A DNA stretch of 64,000 nt from an uncultured Candidatus Binatia bacterium (GTDB lineage: Bacteria; Desulfobacterota; Binatia; UBA9968; JAJDTQ01). This document shows positions 29,885-45,304 of the stretch, piece after piece. The notes under the pieces are model-generated. The model did not search any database and was not told the DNA's origin. It worked only from the letters and a program-made list of their open reading frames with translations. The stretch covers positions 736,001 to 800,000 of the forward strand of contig OZ243916.1 in the NCBI GenBank assembly GCA_965213675.1, given 5' to 3'. How positions within the stretch are numbered: the stretch's first letter is position 1; each line of letters begins with the position of its first letter. The position numbers and the translations under genes are program-made.

Positions 29885-30790
29885 ATGAACGTACTGGTGG
29901 TGGGTTCGGTGGCGTTTGATTCCATCGAGACCCCGCACGGCCGCGCCGACCGAATCCTGGGGGGATCCGCGGCCTATTTCTCTCTGGCGGCGGCTTTTTT
30001 CGCCCCCGTGCGCATCGTCGGCGTGGTGGGCGAGGACTTTCCGGACGAACATGTGCGTGCGCTGTCGCGCAGCGGCGTGGACCTGGAGGGCTTGCAGCGC
30101 GCCCCGGGCAAGACCTTCTACTGGCACGGACGCTACCACGAGGACCTCAACGTCCGCGACACCCTGGAAGTCCAGCTCAACGTGCTGGAAGACTTTGTTC
30201 CCCGTCTCCCGCCGGGATACGAGGATACGGAGTACGCCTTTCTCGGCAACATGCACCCGGCGGCGCAGTTGGAAGTGCTGTCGCGCTTGAAGCAGCCGCG
30301 GCTGGTGGCCCTCGATACCATGGATCACTGGATTCACGAGACGCCGGAAGAGTTGCGCAAGGTTCTGGGACGGGTGGAGACCGTGGTGATCAACGACTCC
30401 GAGGCGCGCATGCTGAGCGGACAGCACAACATTGTGCGCGCCGCCCGCGCCATTCTCGAAATGGGGCCGCGGGTGGTGCTCATCAAGCGCGGCGAGTACG
30501 GGGTCTTCCAGTTCTCCGATACCGCCGCCTTCGTGGTGCCGGCCTATCCGCTGGAAGAGGTGCTGGATCCCACCGGCGCGGGCGATTCCTTTGCCGGCGG
30601 CTTCATGGGATGCCTGGCCGCGGCCGGCGCCGGGGAAGCGAACGCGTTGCGCCGGGCCATCGTGTACGGCAACGTGACCGCGTCCTTCACAGTGGAGGAT
30701 TTCGGTCCGCGACGGCTGATGGCGCTGGACCGCGCCGGGATCGACGAGCGTTTCGAGCGCTTCGTGGATTTGACCCGTTTTCGCGACTGA
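29885..30790 (+). CDS. PfkB-family carbohydrate/nucleoside kinase
   Basis: GSVAFD, LGGSA, DPTGAGDSFAGG. Confidence 0.92.
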   Translation: MNVLVVGSVAFDSIETPHGRADRILGGSAAYFSLAAAFFAPVRIVGVVGEDFPDEHVRALSRSGVDLEGLQRAPGKTFYWHGRYHEDLNVRDTLEVQLNVLEDFVPRLPPGYEDTEYAFLGNMHPAAQLEVLSRLKQPRLVALDTMDHWIHETPEELRKVLGRVETVVINDSEARMLSGQHNIVRAARAILEMGPRVVLIKRGEYGVFQFSDTAAFVVPAYPLEEVLDPTGAGDSFAGGFMGCLAAAGAGEANALRRAIVYGNVTASFTVEDFGPRRLMALDRAGIDERFERFVDLTRFRD

Positions 30791-30809
30791 AGGCGTCGAA
30801 TCAAGTCGC

Positions 30810-32114
30810 ATGAACATCGCAATGATCGGCGTGGGCTACGTCGGCCTGGTCACGGGAAGCTGCTTCGCCGAGACCGGGAACGATGTGGTCTGCGTGGACA
30901 TCGATCAGGTCAAGGTCGCGCAACTCCGGCAGGGGCGGGTGCCCTTCTACGAGCTGGGCTTGGAAGAGTTGATCCAGCGCAACACGCGGGAGGGCCGGCT
31001 GTCCTTTTCCACGGATCTGCCCGAAGCCGTAAGGGGCGCGGAATCCATCTTCATCGCGGTGGGCACGCCCCAGGTCTCCGCGGGGGATGCGGACCTGACT
31101 CAGGTGTTCGCGGTGGCCGATAGCATCGCCCGGGCCATGAACGGCGCCAAGATCGTGGTGACCAAGAGCACGGTTCCCGTGGGTACGGCGGCGCGCGTTC
31201 GCGAGATCATCGAGGCGCGCACGGAGTATCCGGTGGCGGTGGTGTCCAACCCGGAGTTCCTCAAGGAGGGCGCCGCGGTAGAGGATTTCATGAAGCCCGA
31301 CCGGGTGGTGCTGGGCGGGGAGGACGCCGCCTCCCTGGAGTTGCTCAGTGGCCTCTACGAGCCCTTCGTGCGCACCGGCAAGCCCATCATCCGCACGGAT
31401 TCGCGCAGCGCGGAGATGAGCAAGTACGCCGCCAACGCCATCCTCGCCACCAAGATCTCCTTCATCAACGAGACCGCGCGCCTGTGCGAGAAGGAGGGGG
31501 CGGACATCGAACAGGTACGGCGCATCGTCGGCCTCGACCATCGCGTCGGGCCGCACTCCATCTATCCCGGCATCGGTTTCGGCGGCTCCTGTCTGCCCAA
31601 GGACATCCGCGCGATGATCGCCATGGCCGGGGACGAGCTCGATATGCCGCTGCTGCGGGCGGTGGACCGGGTCAACGAGACCCAGAAGGGAATCCTGCTG
31701 GAGAAGCTGCGCAAGCATTTCGACGGGGCGCTGGCGGGCCGCATGCTGGCGGTGTGGGGCCTGGCGTTCAAGGCGCGCACCGACGACATGCGCGAATCCC
31801 CGGCGATCCGGGTCATCGACGAGTTGCTGGCGGCGGGCGCACGCGTGCGCGCCTTCGATCCCGAAGCCATGAACGAGGCGCGCAAGCGCTATGGCGACCG
31901 CATCGCCTACGGCGAAAGCAATTACGAGGTGGCGGACAACGCCGACGCCGTGCTCGTGCTGACGGAATGGAACGAATTCCGCAGCCCCGACTTCCCGCGC
32001 CTGAAGACGCTGCTGCGCCAGCCCGTGCTGTTCGACGGGCGCAACCTCTACGACCCGGCCGTGATGCGGCGCCACGGTTTCACCTACTACTCCATGGGAC
32101 GGGGCCGTGGATAG
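30810..32114 (+). CDS. ugd: UDP-glucose 6-dehydrogenase
   Basis: [31 protein letters not shown]. Confidence 0.93.
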   Translation: MNIAMIGVGYVGLVTGSCFAETGNDVVCVDIDQVKVAQLRQGRVPFYELGLEELIQRNTREGRLSFSTDLPEAVRGAESIFIAVGTPQVSAGDADLTQVFAVADSIARAMNGAKIVVTKSTVPVGTAARVREIIEARTEYPVAVVSNPEFLKEGAAVEDFMKPDRVVLGGEDAASLELLSGLYEPFVRTGKPIIRTDSRSAEMSKYAANAILATKISFINETARLCEKEGADIEQVRRIVGLDHRVGPHSIYPGIGFGGSCLPKDIRAMIAMAGDELDMPLLRAVDRVNETQKGILLEKLRKHFDGALAGRMLAVWGLAFKARTDDMRESPAIRVIDELLAAGARVRAFDPEAMNEARKRYGDRIAYGESNYEVADNADAVLVLTEWNEFRSPDFPRLKTLLRQPVLFDGRNLYDPAVMRRHGFTYYSMGRGRG

Positions 32115-33900
32115 CAGCCGCATCCGCAACTTCTGCATCATCGCTCACATCGACCACGGCAAATCCACGCTTGCCGATCGGTTGCTGGAGCACACCGGCG
32201 CCTTGAGCGAACGCGAGAAGACCGACCAGTTCCTCGACAAGATGGAGCTGGAGCGCGAGCGCGGCATCACCATCAAGGCCAGCCCGGTGCGCCTCGAATA
32301 CCGTTCCCGGAACGGCGAGGACTACATCCTCAACCTCATCGACACTCCCGGCCACGTGGACTTCACCTATGAGGTGTCGCGCAGCCTGGCGGCCTGCGAG
32401 GGAGCCATCCTGGTGGTGGACGCGGCCCAGGGAGTCGAGGCCCAGACCGTGGCCAACGTCTACCTGGCCCTGGACCACGACCTCCAGGTGTTTCCAGTCA
32501 TCAACAAGATCGACCTTCCGAGCGCGGATCCGGAGCGGGTCAAGGGTGAAATCGAGGATATCATCGGGCTGGACAGCTCCCACGCCATCCTTGCCAGCGC
32601 CAAACAGGGCGTGGGCACGGAAGAGGTGCTGGAAGGCATCGTCGCCAACTTCCCGCCGCCCCTGGGCGAGGAGCAGGCGCCGCTGCGCGGGTTGATCTTT
32701 GATAGTTGGTTCGACCCGTACCACGGCGCGGTGATCCTGCTGCGCGTGTTCGAGGGAACGGTGCGGACCGGCGACGCCATCCGCCTCATGTCCACCGGCG
32801 GGGTGTTCGAGGTGAACCGCTTGGGCGTCTTCGCGCCCGGCCCGGTGGTGGTGGAGAGCCTCGGTCCGGGCGAGGTGGGTTTCCTCATGGCCTCCATCAA
32901 GAACATCCGCGAGGCGCGCATGGGCGACACCGTCACCAGCTACAAACGCCCCACCCTCGAACCCATGGAGGGGTTCCGTCCGCTCAAGCCAATGGTGTTC
33001 AGCGGCCTCTACCCCACCGACTCCGGGCAGTACCAGGCCTTGCGGACCGCGCTGGAGAAGCTGAGCCTCAACGATTCCTCTTTCACCTACGAACCGGAGT
33101 CATCCCAGGCGCTGGGTTTCGGTTTTCGCTGCGGCTTCCTCGGTCTGTTGCATCTCGACATCGTGCACGAGCGGGTGGAGCGGGAGTTCGACCTTTCCCT
33201 CATCACCACCGCGCCCACCGTGGTCTACCAGGTGACCACGCGCAGCGGCGACGTGTTGGCCATCGACAACCCCGTGGCCTTTCCCAACGAGGCCGACATC
33301 GAGATGATCGAGGAACCCTTCATCCGCGCCACCATCCACCTGCCGCAGGACTACCTCGGAGCCGTCCTCAAGCTCTGTGAGGAAAAGCGCGGCGCGCAGC
33401 AGGAATTGCGCTACGCGGGCCTCAACCGCGCCATGGTCACCTACGAACTGCCGCTCAACGAAATCGTTTACGACTTCTACGACCGCCTCAAATCCCTGAG
33501 CCGGGGCTACGCCTCCATGGACTACGAGATGGCGGGCATGCGCGCGTCCAAGCTGGTGAAGCTGGACGTGCGCATCAACGGCGACCTGGTGGACGCCATG
33601 TCGTTGATCGTGCACCGGGACAAGGCTTACGCGCGCGGCCGCGACATGGTCCAGCGCATGCGCGAACTGATCCCGCGGCAGCTCTTCGAGGTCGTCATCC
33701 AGGCGGCCATCGGCAGCCGCGTCATCGCCCGGGAGTCGGTGAAGGCGCTGCGCAAGAACGTCACCGCCAAGTGCTACGGCGGCGACATCACGCGCAAGCG
33801 CAAGCTCCTGGAACGGCAGAAGGAAGGCAAGAAGCGCATGAAATCCGTGGGGCGGGTGGAGATTCCCCAGGAAGCCTTCCTCGCCGCCCTCAAGAGCTAG
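32107..33900 (+). CDS. lepA: Elongation factor 4
   Basis: [41 protein letters not shown]. Confidence 0.98.
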   Translation: MDSSRIRNFCIIAHIDHGKSTLADRLLEHTGALSEREKTDQFLDKMELERERGITIKASPVRLEYRSRNGEDYILNLIDTPGHVDFTYEVSRSLAACEGAILVVDAAQGVEAQTVANVYLALDHDLQVFPVINKIDLPSADPERVKGEIEDIIGLDSSHAILASAKQGVGTEEVLEGIVANFPPPLGEEQAPLRGLIFDSWFDPYHGAVILLRVFEGTVRTGDAIRLMSTGGVFEVNRLGVFAPGPVVVESLGPGEVGFLMASIKNIREARMGDTVTSYKRPTLEPMEGFRPLKPMVFSGLYPTDSGQYQALRTALEKLSLNDSSFTYEPESSQALGFGFRCGFLGLLHLDIVHERVEREFDLSLITTAPTVVYQVTTRSGDVLAIDNPVAFPNEADIEMIEEPFIRATIHLPQDYLGAVLKLCEEKRGAQQELRYAGLNRAMVTYELPLNEIVYDFYDRLKSLSRGYASMDYEMAGMRASKLVKLDVRINGDLVDAMSLIVHRDKAYARGRDMVQRMRELIPRQLFEVVIQAAIGSRVIARESVKALRKNVTAKCYGGDITRKRKLLERQKEGKKRMKSVGRVEIPQEAFLAALKS

Positions 33901-33985
33901 GAGCTGCTAGGAGCTTGCGCCACCTCCGGGCAACGGCGCCGCTTGCGGCGTCAACGACGGATGGGCTACATTATCCAGGTCTGCA

Positions 33986-34200
33986 ATGAAGACCGCAGCA
34001 GATGGGGCTCGACCCTGCCCGCGCATTCCCTACGGCGAAGCCGACATCAGGCGCATCCGTCTGAGAGGTTGGCTGTACGTGGTCAAGACCCGCTTTATAC
34101 GCGAGTTGGAACAGGAGAGGCATGCTTTCCTGATCCGTCCCCGCCGCTTCGCAAGAGTCTGTGGGCGCCGGTGCTGGAAAACGACCATGATCGGGGCTGT
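33986..34200 (+). pseudogene. Frameshifted N-terminal fragment of an AAA-ATPase-like (PD-(D/E)XK-associated) protein
   Basis: RIPYGEAD..IR..YVVKTRFI..RPRRF, then a 1-nt deletion; KSLW..LEN..DR continues in another frame. Intact family motif is RPRRFGKS. Confidence 0.75.
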
Positions 34201-34413
34201 GAGCTTGCGCCGTTCGTGCGCTTCGCTTGGCCATCGTGTTCCATGGCTGGGCAACCGCCGCCTGCGAGACGGTGGGGCACGGCATGGAGTGAGTGGGCCG
34301 GTCCCCAGGTCGATGGCGCCGGGAAGCATCAATGGGCTGGTGTCCGGATGAAGGACGTGACGGGCGGAGCCACGTAAACGAAGTATCGGGTTTGGGGAAA
34401 CAGGACTCCGCAC

Positions 34414-35091
34414 GTGGCCATATTCTCAAAGGCTCGGAAGTCCGTGTTCCGGGAATACACGGAAGCCATCGTCATCGCCTTGTTGGCGGCGCTGTTCCTG
34501 CGCACGTTCGTGGTGCAGGCGTTCAAGATCCCTTCCGGCTCCATGATCCCCACGTTGGTCATCGGCGATCATATCCTGGTCAACAAGCTGTCCTACGGAG
34601 TCCGGCTGCCGGACCTGAACTGGGTGCCCTTCGCCGGATGCGTCGATCTGGCGCGAGGTTCCCATGTCGTGAACTGGGACGCCCCGGAACGCGGCGACGT
34701 GATCGTCTTCATCTATCCGCAGGACCGATGCAAGGACTTCATCAAACGGGTGGTGGCGGTGCCCGGCGACGAGGTGCGGATCCGGGACAAGAAGGTGTTC
34801 ATCAACGGGGAGCCCGTGGAGGACGCGCACGCCGACTTCGAGGACAAGGGCATGATTCTGGGCGAAGGCCATCCGCGCGACAACCTCGCTCCCATTCAGG
34901 TGCCGGAAGGCCACTTGTTCGTCATGGGCGACAACCGGGACCGAAGCTTCGACAGCCGCTTCTGGGGCTTCGTGCCCATCGATGACGTGCGCGGCCGGGC
35001 CTTCGTCAAGTACTGGTCCTGGGACTCCGAAAGGGAGCAGGGCTCGTGGGAACGGCTGCGCTGGTGGCGCATCGGCGGACTCATTCACTGA
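34414..35091 (+). CDS. lepB: Signal peptidase I
   Basis: [25 protein letters not shown]. Confidence 0.96.
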   Translation: MAIFSKARKSVFREYTEAIVIALLAALFLRTFVVQAFKIPSGSMIPTLVIGDHILVNKLSYGVRLPDLNWVPFAGCVDLARGSHVVNWDAPERGDVIVFIYPQDRCKDFIKRVVAVPGDEVRIRDKKVFINGEPVEDAHADFEDKGMILGEGHPRDNLAPIQVPEGHLFVMGDNRDRSFDSRFWGFVPIDDVRGRAFVKYWSWDSEREQGSWERLRWWRIGGLIH

Positions 35092-35116
35092 CCTTTCAAC
35101 CGATGACGTACACGAC

Positions 35117-36235
35117 ATGAAAGCCACGCTCACCCTGGCCGACGGGACCTCGTTTGCCGGCCGCTCTTTCGGCAGTGAAGGAGAGACCGCGGGCGAGGTC
35201 GTCTTCAACACCAGCATGACGGGATATCAGGAGATCCTCACCGATCCATCCTACGAGGGTCAGCTCGTCGCCATGACCTATCCCCAGATCGGCAATGTCG
35301 GCGTCAATCCGGAGGACGACGAATCTTCCCGGGCGTTCGTCAGGGGGTTCATCGTCAAGGAATACTGCCCGGCGCCCAGCAACTGGCGCAGCACCCAGGC
35401 GTTGCACGACTACATGCGGGAGCGCGGCATCATCGGCATCGAGGGGGTGGATACGCGCGCGCTGGTGACCCGCATCCGTGAGCGCGGGGCGCAGGAGGGC
35501 ATCATCTCCACGACGGGCCACGACGCGGAGGAACTGTCGGCAAAAGCGCAACGGCTCGGCGGACTTGAGGGCAGGGATCTGGTGAAGCACGTGAGCTGCC
35601 GTGAACCCTACACGTGGGATCAGGGAGGCTGGCGCATGGGCAGCGGCTTTGTCCGCGCCGGCGAGCCGGAATTTCGCGTGGTGGCCTACGATTACGGCAT
35701 CAAGTTCAACATCCTCAGAGGTTTGGTGGGAGCGCGTTGCGCGGTAACGGTGGTGCCGGCCTGGACCCCGGCGGATGAGGTGCTGGCGCTGGATCCCGAC
35801 GGCATCTTCCTCTCCAACGGTCCGGGAGACCCGGCGGCGGTGGCGTACGCCGCGGACAACGTGCGCCAACTGGTGGGCCAGCGCCCGGTCTTCGGAATCT
35901 GCCTCGGCCACCAGATCCTGGGGTTGGCCCTGGGCGGGCGCACCTTCAAGCTCAAGTTCGGCCACCACGGCGGCAACCAGCCGGTCATGGACCTCACCAC
36001 AGGGAAAGTGGAGATCACAACCCAGAATCATGGTTTTGCGGTGGACCCCGATTCCCTCAAGGGCGCGGTGGAAGTGACCCACGTGAATCTCAACGACCGC
36101 ACCGTGGAAGGGCTGCGGCACCGCGAATACCCGATCTTCTCCGTCCAGTACCATCCCGAGGCGTCCCCAGGACCGCACGACGCGGACTATCTGTTCGAAC
36201 GCTTCCGCCGCCTCATGGCCGGCGCCGGAACCTGA
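35117..36235 (+). CDS. carA: Carbamoyl-phosphate synthase small subunit
   Basis: [33 protein letters not shown]. Confidence 0.97.
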   Translation: MKATLTLADGTSFAGRSFGSEGETAGEVVFNTSMTGYQEILTDPSYEGQLVAMTYPQIGNVGVNPEDDESSRAFVRGFIVKEYCPAPSNWRSTQALHDYMRERGIIGIEGVDTRALVTRIRERGAQEGIISTTGHDAEELSAKAQRLGGLEGRDLVKHVSCREPYTWDQGGWRMGSGFVRAGEPEFRVVAYDYGIKFNILRGLVGARCAVTVVPAWTPADEVLALDPDGIFLSNGPGDPAAVAYAADNVRQLVGQRPVFGICLGHQILGLALGGRTFKLKFGHHGGNQPVMDLTTGKVEITTQNHGFAVDPDSLKGAVEVTHVNLNDRTVEGLRHREYPIFSVQYHPEASPGPHDADYLFERFRRLMAGAGT

Positions 36236-36236
36236 G

Positions 36237-39554
<3,318 letters not shown>

Positions 39555-39711
39555 CGCCCCGGGAAAGGCGGCTGTGTGACCGCCTGAATTACGGAGCCGA
39601 TTCCTTTTCAACTCCTGTCATTGACGATCCGAGGCGCTGGCGCCGTTTACAGGATGCTTGACCCGCTTTCTCATTCGTTGCGGCGAGTCCCGAATCCCAT
39701 AGCCTGTTGTC

Positions 39712-42054
39712 GTGGCCCACTCCTATCGCGCCAACGCCGTCGATCCCGCCGCCTGCCGTGAGGCGTTGCAGCTTCCTCTGAGCGTGCTGAAGGGCATCGG
39801 TCCGGTACGCGCCGCGCAACTGGCCGCGCGCGGTCTCGCCACCATCGAGGACCTGCTCTACCATCTGCCTTTCCGCTATCAGGACCGCCGCGCCGCCGCG
39901 CCCATCGCCGACGCCGCGGCCGGGGGAACCGCGACCTTCGCGGGCCAACTGACAAGTCTCGGAAGCGGCCGGACGCGTGGTCGGCGCCGCATCCTCACGG
40001 GCACGTTGACCGACGACAGCGCCAGTCTGGAGTTGCTGTGGTTCAATCCAGCCCGTTATCTCACGGACACCCTTCGCGTGGGGCAGCGCCTGGTAGTGTA
40101 CGGGCGGGTTGCGCGCCAACGCGGCGCGCGCCTCGGCCTCGCTCACCCGGAGTTCGAGGTGCTCGAAAGCGACACCGGACGCGCGCCGGAAATCCGCCCG
40201 ATCTACGCGAAGCCCGGCAACGTGCCGCAGTCGACGCTACGCGGCTGGATCGTTCAGGCGCTGGAGGGTTACGGTGCTTTCCTCCCCAGCTTTTTGCCGC
40301 CTGACGTCGCGTTGCGGCAGGGGCTCATGGACCTGGAACAGGCTCTGGAGACCCTCCACCGGCCATCCTTGCAGAACCCCGATATCCCGCGCGATGCGGT
40401 CCGACGACTTCCGCGCGGCAGCGGCGCTCCAGAACCCGCGCCGCTGAAGAGCGCGGCGGTTGCGGCCGTCACGGAGGACGCCCGCGGCTGCGCTGTCTCC
40501 GGGTCCTTTCCGGCGCCGGAGGCGTCCCGGGAACCGGACTTGGCCAGCGAAGCCTGCGTTGCGGCCCGACGCTCCCTGGCGTTCGACGAGTTCTTCTATT
40601 TCCAACTGGCCCTGGCCCTGCGGCAACGGCAGCGCCTGGACACTCCGGGCCTCGCTCTGCCCGCTCTTCCCGCGCGAGTTTCCTCTCTCACCGGCCGGAT
40701 GCGGCAGCTTCTGCCCTACCGTCTGACGGGCGGACAGGAGCGGGTGCTGCGAGAGATCCACTTGGACATGGCGTCGCCCAACCCCATGCGCCGGCTGCTG
40801 CGAGGCGACGTGGGCTCGGGCAAGACCGTCATCGCCTGGCTCGCGGCCTTGCGCGCCATCGAGAACGGCCGTCAGGCGCTGCTGCTGGCGCCCACGGAGT
40901 TGCTCGCGGAACAGCACTACGAGCGCCTCGCTCCCCATGCCGAGAGGCTCGGCGTACGCGCCGCGCTGCTTTCCGCGTCGCTCTCGGCGGCTTCCCGGAA
41001 GGACGTCGTCGGGCGCATCCGCGACGGCGCGGTGGATTTTGTGGCCGGCACCCATGCGCTGTTCCAGGAAGGAATCTCGGCGCCGCGCATGGGATTGGGC
41101 ATCGTCGACGAGCAGCACCGGTTCGGGGTGGGCCAGCGCGCCGCCTTTGCGCGGCTCGCCGCGCGGACCGCGGCGGAGGAAGGAGCGCCCGAAGGCGCGC
41201 CCGAGCCGGATCTGCTTCTGATGAGCGCCACGCCCATTCCCCGCAGCCTCGCCATGGTCCTGTCCGGCGACCTGGACGTGTCGGTCCTGGACGAAGCGCC
41301 GCCGGGCCGGACGCCGGTGCGCACGGTGGTGGTGCAGGAGGACCGAAGGCAGCGGGTGTACGAGCGCGTCCGCGCCGCGGTGGCGGATGGACGGCAAGCC
41401 TATCTCGTCTGTCCGCTGGTGGACGACTCCGACAAGATGCCGCTGGCCGCCGCCAAACACATGGCGCGGGAGCTGTCTCGCACCGTGATGCAGGGTCTGC
41501 GCCTGGACCTGGTTCACGGTCAAATGCCCGCCGCCGATCGGGACCGGGTGATGCGGCGGTTCCGGCGGGGGGATATCCAGGTGCTGGTGGCCACCACCGT
41601 CATCGAGGTCGGCATCGACGTTCCCCGCGCCACCCTCATGGTGGTGGAGCACGCCGAGCGGTTCGGGCTCGCGCAGTTGCACCAGCTCCGGGGCAGGGTG
41701 GGGCGTGGCCGGGACGAGTCCCATTGCGTCCTCATCCACCACGGCTCACGGGACGAGGACTCGCGCCGCCGGCTCGAAGTGCTGGCGCGGACCTCCGACG
41801 GCTTCGAGGTGGCCGAGGCCGATCTGAGGTTCCGCGGCGCCGGAGAGATCCTCGGGACCCGACAGGCCGGTGACCAGGGCTTCCGGGTCGCGCACCTGGT
41901 GCGGGACAACGAGGTGTTGCAGGCGGCGCGGCAAGAGGCGCGTGACTGGCTCGCTGGGAACGCCCGCCGGGCGAACGATGTCTCGCGGCGTATGCGAATG
42001 GAGCTTCGACGCCGTTGGGGGGATGACTCGGCACTGGCGGCCTGGATCGACTGA
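39712..42054 (+). CDS. recG: ATP-dependent DNA helicase RecG
   Basis: Wedge domain, GDVGSGKT, DEQHRFG, SATPIPR, QLRGRVGRG, DLRFRG. Confidence 0.95.
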   Translation: MAHSYRANAVDPAACREALQLPLSVLKGIGPVRAAQLAARGLATIEDLLYHLPFRYQDRRAAAPIADAAAGGTATFAGQLTSLGSGRTRGRRRILTGTLTDDSASLELLWFNPARYLTDTLRVGQRLVVYGRVARQRGARLGLAHPEFEVLESDTGRAPEIRPIYAKPGNVPQSTLRGWIVQALEGYGAFLPSFLPPDVALRQGLMDLEQALETLHRPSLQNPDIPRDAVRRLPRGSGAPEPAPLKSAAVAAVTEDARGCAVSGSFPAPEASREPDLASEACVAARRSLAFDEFFYFQLALALRQRQRLDTPGLALPALPARVSSLTGRMRQLLPYRLTGGQERVLREIHLDMASPNPMRRLLRGDVGSGKTVIAWLAALRAIENGRQALLLAPTELLAEQHYERLAPHAERLGVRAALLSASLSAASRKDVVGRIRDGAVDFVAGTHALFQEGISAPRMGLGIVDEQHRFGVGQRAAFARLAARTAAEEGAPEGAPEPDLLLMSATPIPRSLAMVLSGDLDVSVLDEAPPGRTPVRTVVVQEDRRQRVYERVRAAVADGRQAYLVCPLVDDSDKMPLAAAKHMARELSRTVMQGLRLDLVHGQMPAADRDRVMRRFRRGDIQVLVATTVIEVGIDVPRATLMVVEHAERFGLAQLHQLRGRVGRGRDESHCVLIHHGSRDEDSRRRLEVLARTSDGFEVAEADLRFRGAGEILGTRQAGDQGFRVAHLVRDNEVLQAARQEARDWLAGNARRANDVSRRMRMELRRRWGDDSALAAWID

Positions 42055-42090
42055 GGAAAGGCGGAACCGTGCGCTTCACGCTGGCTGCCT

Positions 42091-42251
42091 AGTGTGGTGT
42101 CTGGTTAATTCGCGTCATAATCTGCGGGTCTTTTTCGCCGTCGGCTGCGTTGCTCTTCCTCGCGTGGTACACGCCACTGCTCGTCATCGCGCCTTGCCGA
42201 CAACTAAAAATCCTCCGCACATTATGACGCGAATTAACCAGACACCACACT
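42091..42251. repeat. Intergenic hairpin repeat, family A, copy 2 (opposite orientation to copy 1)
   Basis: Perfect 31-bp terminal inverted repeat (42091-42121 / 42221-42251); core shared with 22446-22616. Confidence 0.85.
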
Positions 42252-42289
42252 TGCGGCCCACGACAGCGGGCGATGCCGGCCCTTCGCCT

Positions 42290-42361
42290 GGGAGCTTGCG
42301 CCGCAGCGATTCACGAATGCGGATTCGCAGCCGTGAATTCCAGCGACACGAGCCTCTCCCG
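42290..42361. repeat. Palindromic repeat, family B (GGAGCTTGCGCCGC core), most complete copy
   Basis: Imperfect hairpin; partial copies at 11925 (reverse), 14491, 22301, 33910 and 34201. Confidence 0.65.
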
Positions 42362-42695
42362 GGTGGACCGTGAGGGCGCTTGGAAGGGTTCCGGGCATTC
42401 CCGGCGCGTTGCGCCCGCATGGCGATTGCCTTATATAACAAGGTTATCCTGCCTTTTTGTTCGCCGACATGGGCTTGGGGCACGCGCTGTTCGAGGAGAT
42501 GATCTATGAGGGCAGCCAACTGAAGAGCCGTGCAGCCAGCCTGCGACAGGACACGGGTACCGCGTTTCGCAAAGAGGTTGACCATGGAGCGCGGAGTCTG
42601 GTCGGCGGCAAGGCGTCCTTCAGCTTCCACAAGCGCGGTGGAATGACGCCTTGCAGCATGTTGCCGCGCGGGAAGAGTCGAGAGGGATCGCGATA

Positions 42696-43874
42696 GTGGA
42701 GTTCAACCGCATCAAGAGGCTGCCGCCCTACGTCTTCAACACCATCAACGACCTCAAGCAGGAGGCCCGGAGGAGGGGAGAGGACATCGTCGACTTCAGC
42801 ATGGGCAATCCGGACATGGCGACGCCGGCGCCCATTGTCGACAAGCTGGTGGAAGCGGTGCAGAAGCCTCAGAACCACCGTTATTCCGTGTCCCGCGGCA
42901 TCTACAAGCTGCGGCTCGCCATTGCCGACTGGTACCGGCGGCGCTACGGGGTCGCCATCGATGCGGACGACGAGGCCATCGTCACCATCGGCTCCAAGGA
43001 AGGGCTGGCGCACATGGTGCTGGCCATGATCGATCCGGGGGACGTGGTGCTGTGTCCGAGTCCCACGTATCCCATTCACCAGTACTCGGTGGTCATCGCC
43101 GGCGGCGACCTGCGCAGCATCCCGCTGGTTTCCAGCGAGGGGTTCATGGACCAACTCGAGGAGGCCCTCAAGCAGACGTGGCCACGGCCCAAGCTGCTGA
43201 TCCTGAACTTCCCGCACAATCCCACCACCGAGGTCGTGGATCTGGAATTCTTTGAGCGCATCGTGAGCTTCGCCAGGGAGAACGAAATCCTCGTGATCCA
43301 CGACCTCGCCTACGCGGACCTCACCTTCGACGGGTACGAACCTCCCAGTTTCCTCCAGGCCGCGGGCGCCAAGGACGTGGGCGTCGAGTTCTTCACCATG
43401 TCCAAGAGTTACAACATGCCGGGTTGGCGCGTGGGGTTCGCGGTGGGCAACGCCACCATGATTCATGCCTTGGCGCGGATCAAGAGTTACCTGGATTACG
43501 GCATATTCCAGCCGGTTCAGATCGCTTCCATCCATGCGTTGAACCATCAGGACGAAGACGTGGGGGAGATCTCCGAAAAGTACCGGAGCCGGCGCGACGT
43601 GCTGGTGGACGGCCTGGCGCGGCTCAACTGGATGATCCGCAAGCCCAAGGCCACCATGTTCGTGTGGGCCGAGATCCCGGCGCCCTACCGCTCCATGGGT
43701 TCGGTGGAGTTCTCAAAGTTCCTGCTCAACGAAGCCAAGGTGGCGGTCTCTCCCGGCATCGGCTTCGGCCAGTACGGCGATCAGCACGTGCGCTTCGCGC
43801 TGATCGAGAACGAGCACCGCACCCGGCAGGCCATCCGCACCATCCGCAACGCCATGGGCATCCTGCCCGAATAG
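42696..43874 (+). CDS. alaC: Class I/II PLP aminotransferase, AlaC-like
   Basis: [41 protein letters not shown]; located before hom. Confidence 0.85.
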   Translation: MEFNRIKRLPPYVFNTINDLKQEARRRGEDIVDFSMGNPDMATPAPIVDKLVEAVQKPQNHRYSVSRGIYKLRLAIADWYRRRYGVAIDADDEAIVTIGSKEGLAHMVLAMIDPGDVVLCPSPTYPIHQYSVVIAGGDLRSIPLVSSEGFMDQLEEALKQTWPRPKLLILNFPHNPTTEVVDLEFFERIVSFARENEILVIHDLAYADLTFDGYEPPSFLQAAGAKDVGVEFFTMSKSYNMPGWRVGFAVGNATMIHALARIKSYLDYGIFQPVQIASIHALNHQDEDVGEISEKYRSRRDVLVDGLARLNWMIRKPKATMFVWAEIPAPYRSMGSVEFSKFLLNEAKVAVSPGIGFGQYGDQHVRFALIENEHRTRQAIRTIRNAMGILPE

Positions 43875-43877
43875 CGC

Positions 43878-45254
43878 ATGGGATCACGGGTTCGCATCGG
43901 CATTCTCGGCGCCGGCACCGTGGGCGGCGCGGTCCACAATCTGGTGGTCCAGGGGCATCTGGCTCGTTTCGGGGTGGACGCCAGCGTGGTCAAGGTGTTC
44001 ACGCGCCGGCCCGAGGGAAAGCCACGTTACGCGGCGTCGCCGGAACTCTTCACCACCGATCCGGCTGAGGTCACCGGCCACCCGGATGTCGATGTCGTGG
44101 TGGAGGTGCTCGGCGCCGGGAGTCCCGAGGATCTACGCGCCCAGAAGGAATGGCTGGTGGACGCGCTGCGTCACGGCAAGCCGGTGGCCACGGCCAACAA
44201 GGCGTTGCTCGTGGCCCATGGCAGGGAAATCTGGAGTGCGGCCCGGGAAAACGGCAGGGCGGTGCGTTTCGAGGCCTGCGTGGGCGGCGGCATCCCCATC
44301 ATCGCACCCCTCACCCAGAGCCTCGCTGCCGAGCAGCCCGCGGCGGTCTACGGCCTGTTGAACGGCACCAGCAACTACATGCTGACGGAAATGGCCCAAC
44401 GGGGCCGGTCGTACGAGGAGGCCCTGGCTTCCGCCCAGGCTCTGGGCTACGCCGAGGCTGATCCGGACGCCGACGTGAGCGGCCGCGACGCCGAGGCCAA
44501 GCTGCTGCTGCTCGCCTCCATCACCTTCGGCGCGCGCCTGGAGGCCGGCGCCATCCACCGGAAGGGCGTCGAGCGCATCCACGCCATCGACTTTCTCTAT
44601 GCGGCGCGCAAGGGCCGCGCCACCATCAAGTCCGTGGCCCTGGCGCGCAACGCCGGCGGCGCGCTGGAGGCCATGGTGAGCCCCATGGTGGTGCCGGAAC
44701 GCCATCCCATCGCAAGCATCGACGGCGTCACCAACGCGTTGTTCTTCAAGGGCAGCGTCAGCGACGGCGGGGCGCCGGACGCGGGTGACTGGGACTACGT
44801 TTTCGCGGGGCCCGGGGCCGGCGGCGGCGCCACGGCGGTGGCGATTCTCGGCGATGTCCAGGAATTGGTGTTGGGTCCACGCGATGCGCCGTTTCTGCCG
44901 GTGGAGAGCCTCGTTTCGAAGGTGACATCGGTGCGCCCGCAAAAGGACCTCAGGGCATCCTTCTACGTCCGCTTCGTGGTGCGGGACCAGAGCGGCATCG
45001 TCGGCGAGCTTTGTCAGATATTCGGCGCTCAAGGGATCCATGTTTCCGAGATCTGGCAGCTCCAGCACACGGAAGACGAGCTGGAGTCCCTCGTGGGAAC
45101 AGGGCAGGGCGGAGTTGCGGCCCACGACATCCTACCGTTCGTCATCACGCTGGAAGAGACCAGCGTGGGCCAGTTGCGCCAGGCCCTGGAACGCATCGCG
45201 CACAAGGACTACGTACTGGTGGAGCCGTTGTGGCTGCCCATCTGGAAGGCTTGA
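43878..45254 (+). CDS. hom: Homoserine dehydrogenase with C-terminal ACT domain
   Basis: GAGTVG, TANKA, FEACVGGGIP, NGTSNY, GYAEADP..DVSG.D..K, GPGAG. Confidence 0.93.
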   Translation: MGSRVRIGILGAGTVGGAVHNLVVQGHLARFGVDASVVKVFTRRPEGKPRYAASPELFTTDPAEVTGHPDVDVVVEVLGAGSPEDLRAQKEWLVDALRHGKPVATANKALLVAHGREIWSAARENGRAVRFEACVGGGIPIIAPLTQSLAAEQPAAVYGLLNGTSNYMLTEMAQRGRSYEEALASAQALGYAEADPDADVSGRDAEAKLLLLASITFGARLEAGAIHRKGVERIHAIDFLYAARKGRATIKSVALARNAGGALEAMVSPMVVPERHPIASIDGVTNALFFKGSVSDGGAPDAGDWDYVFAGPGAGGGATAVAILGDVQELVLGPRDAPFLPVESLVSKVTSVRPQKDLRASFYVRFVVRDQSGIVGELCQIFGAQGIHVSEIWQLQHTEDELESLVGTGQGGVAAHDILPFVITLEETSVGQLRQALERIAHKDYVLVEPLWLPIWKA

Positions 45255-45304
45255 ACGGGCGCCGCGCGCGCGAACACCGGAGCGGACAGGCCCCGCGGCC
45301 GGAC

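Noticed and set aside
42420-42696. 79-aa ORF or riboswitch upstream of alaC
   Set aside because: No recognisable protein motif or riboswitch consensus.
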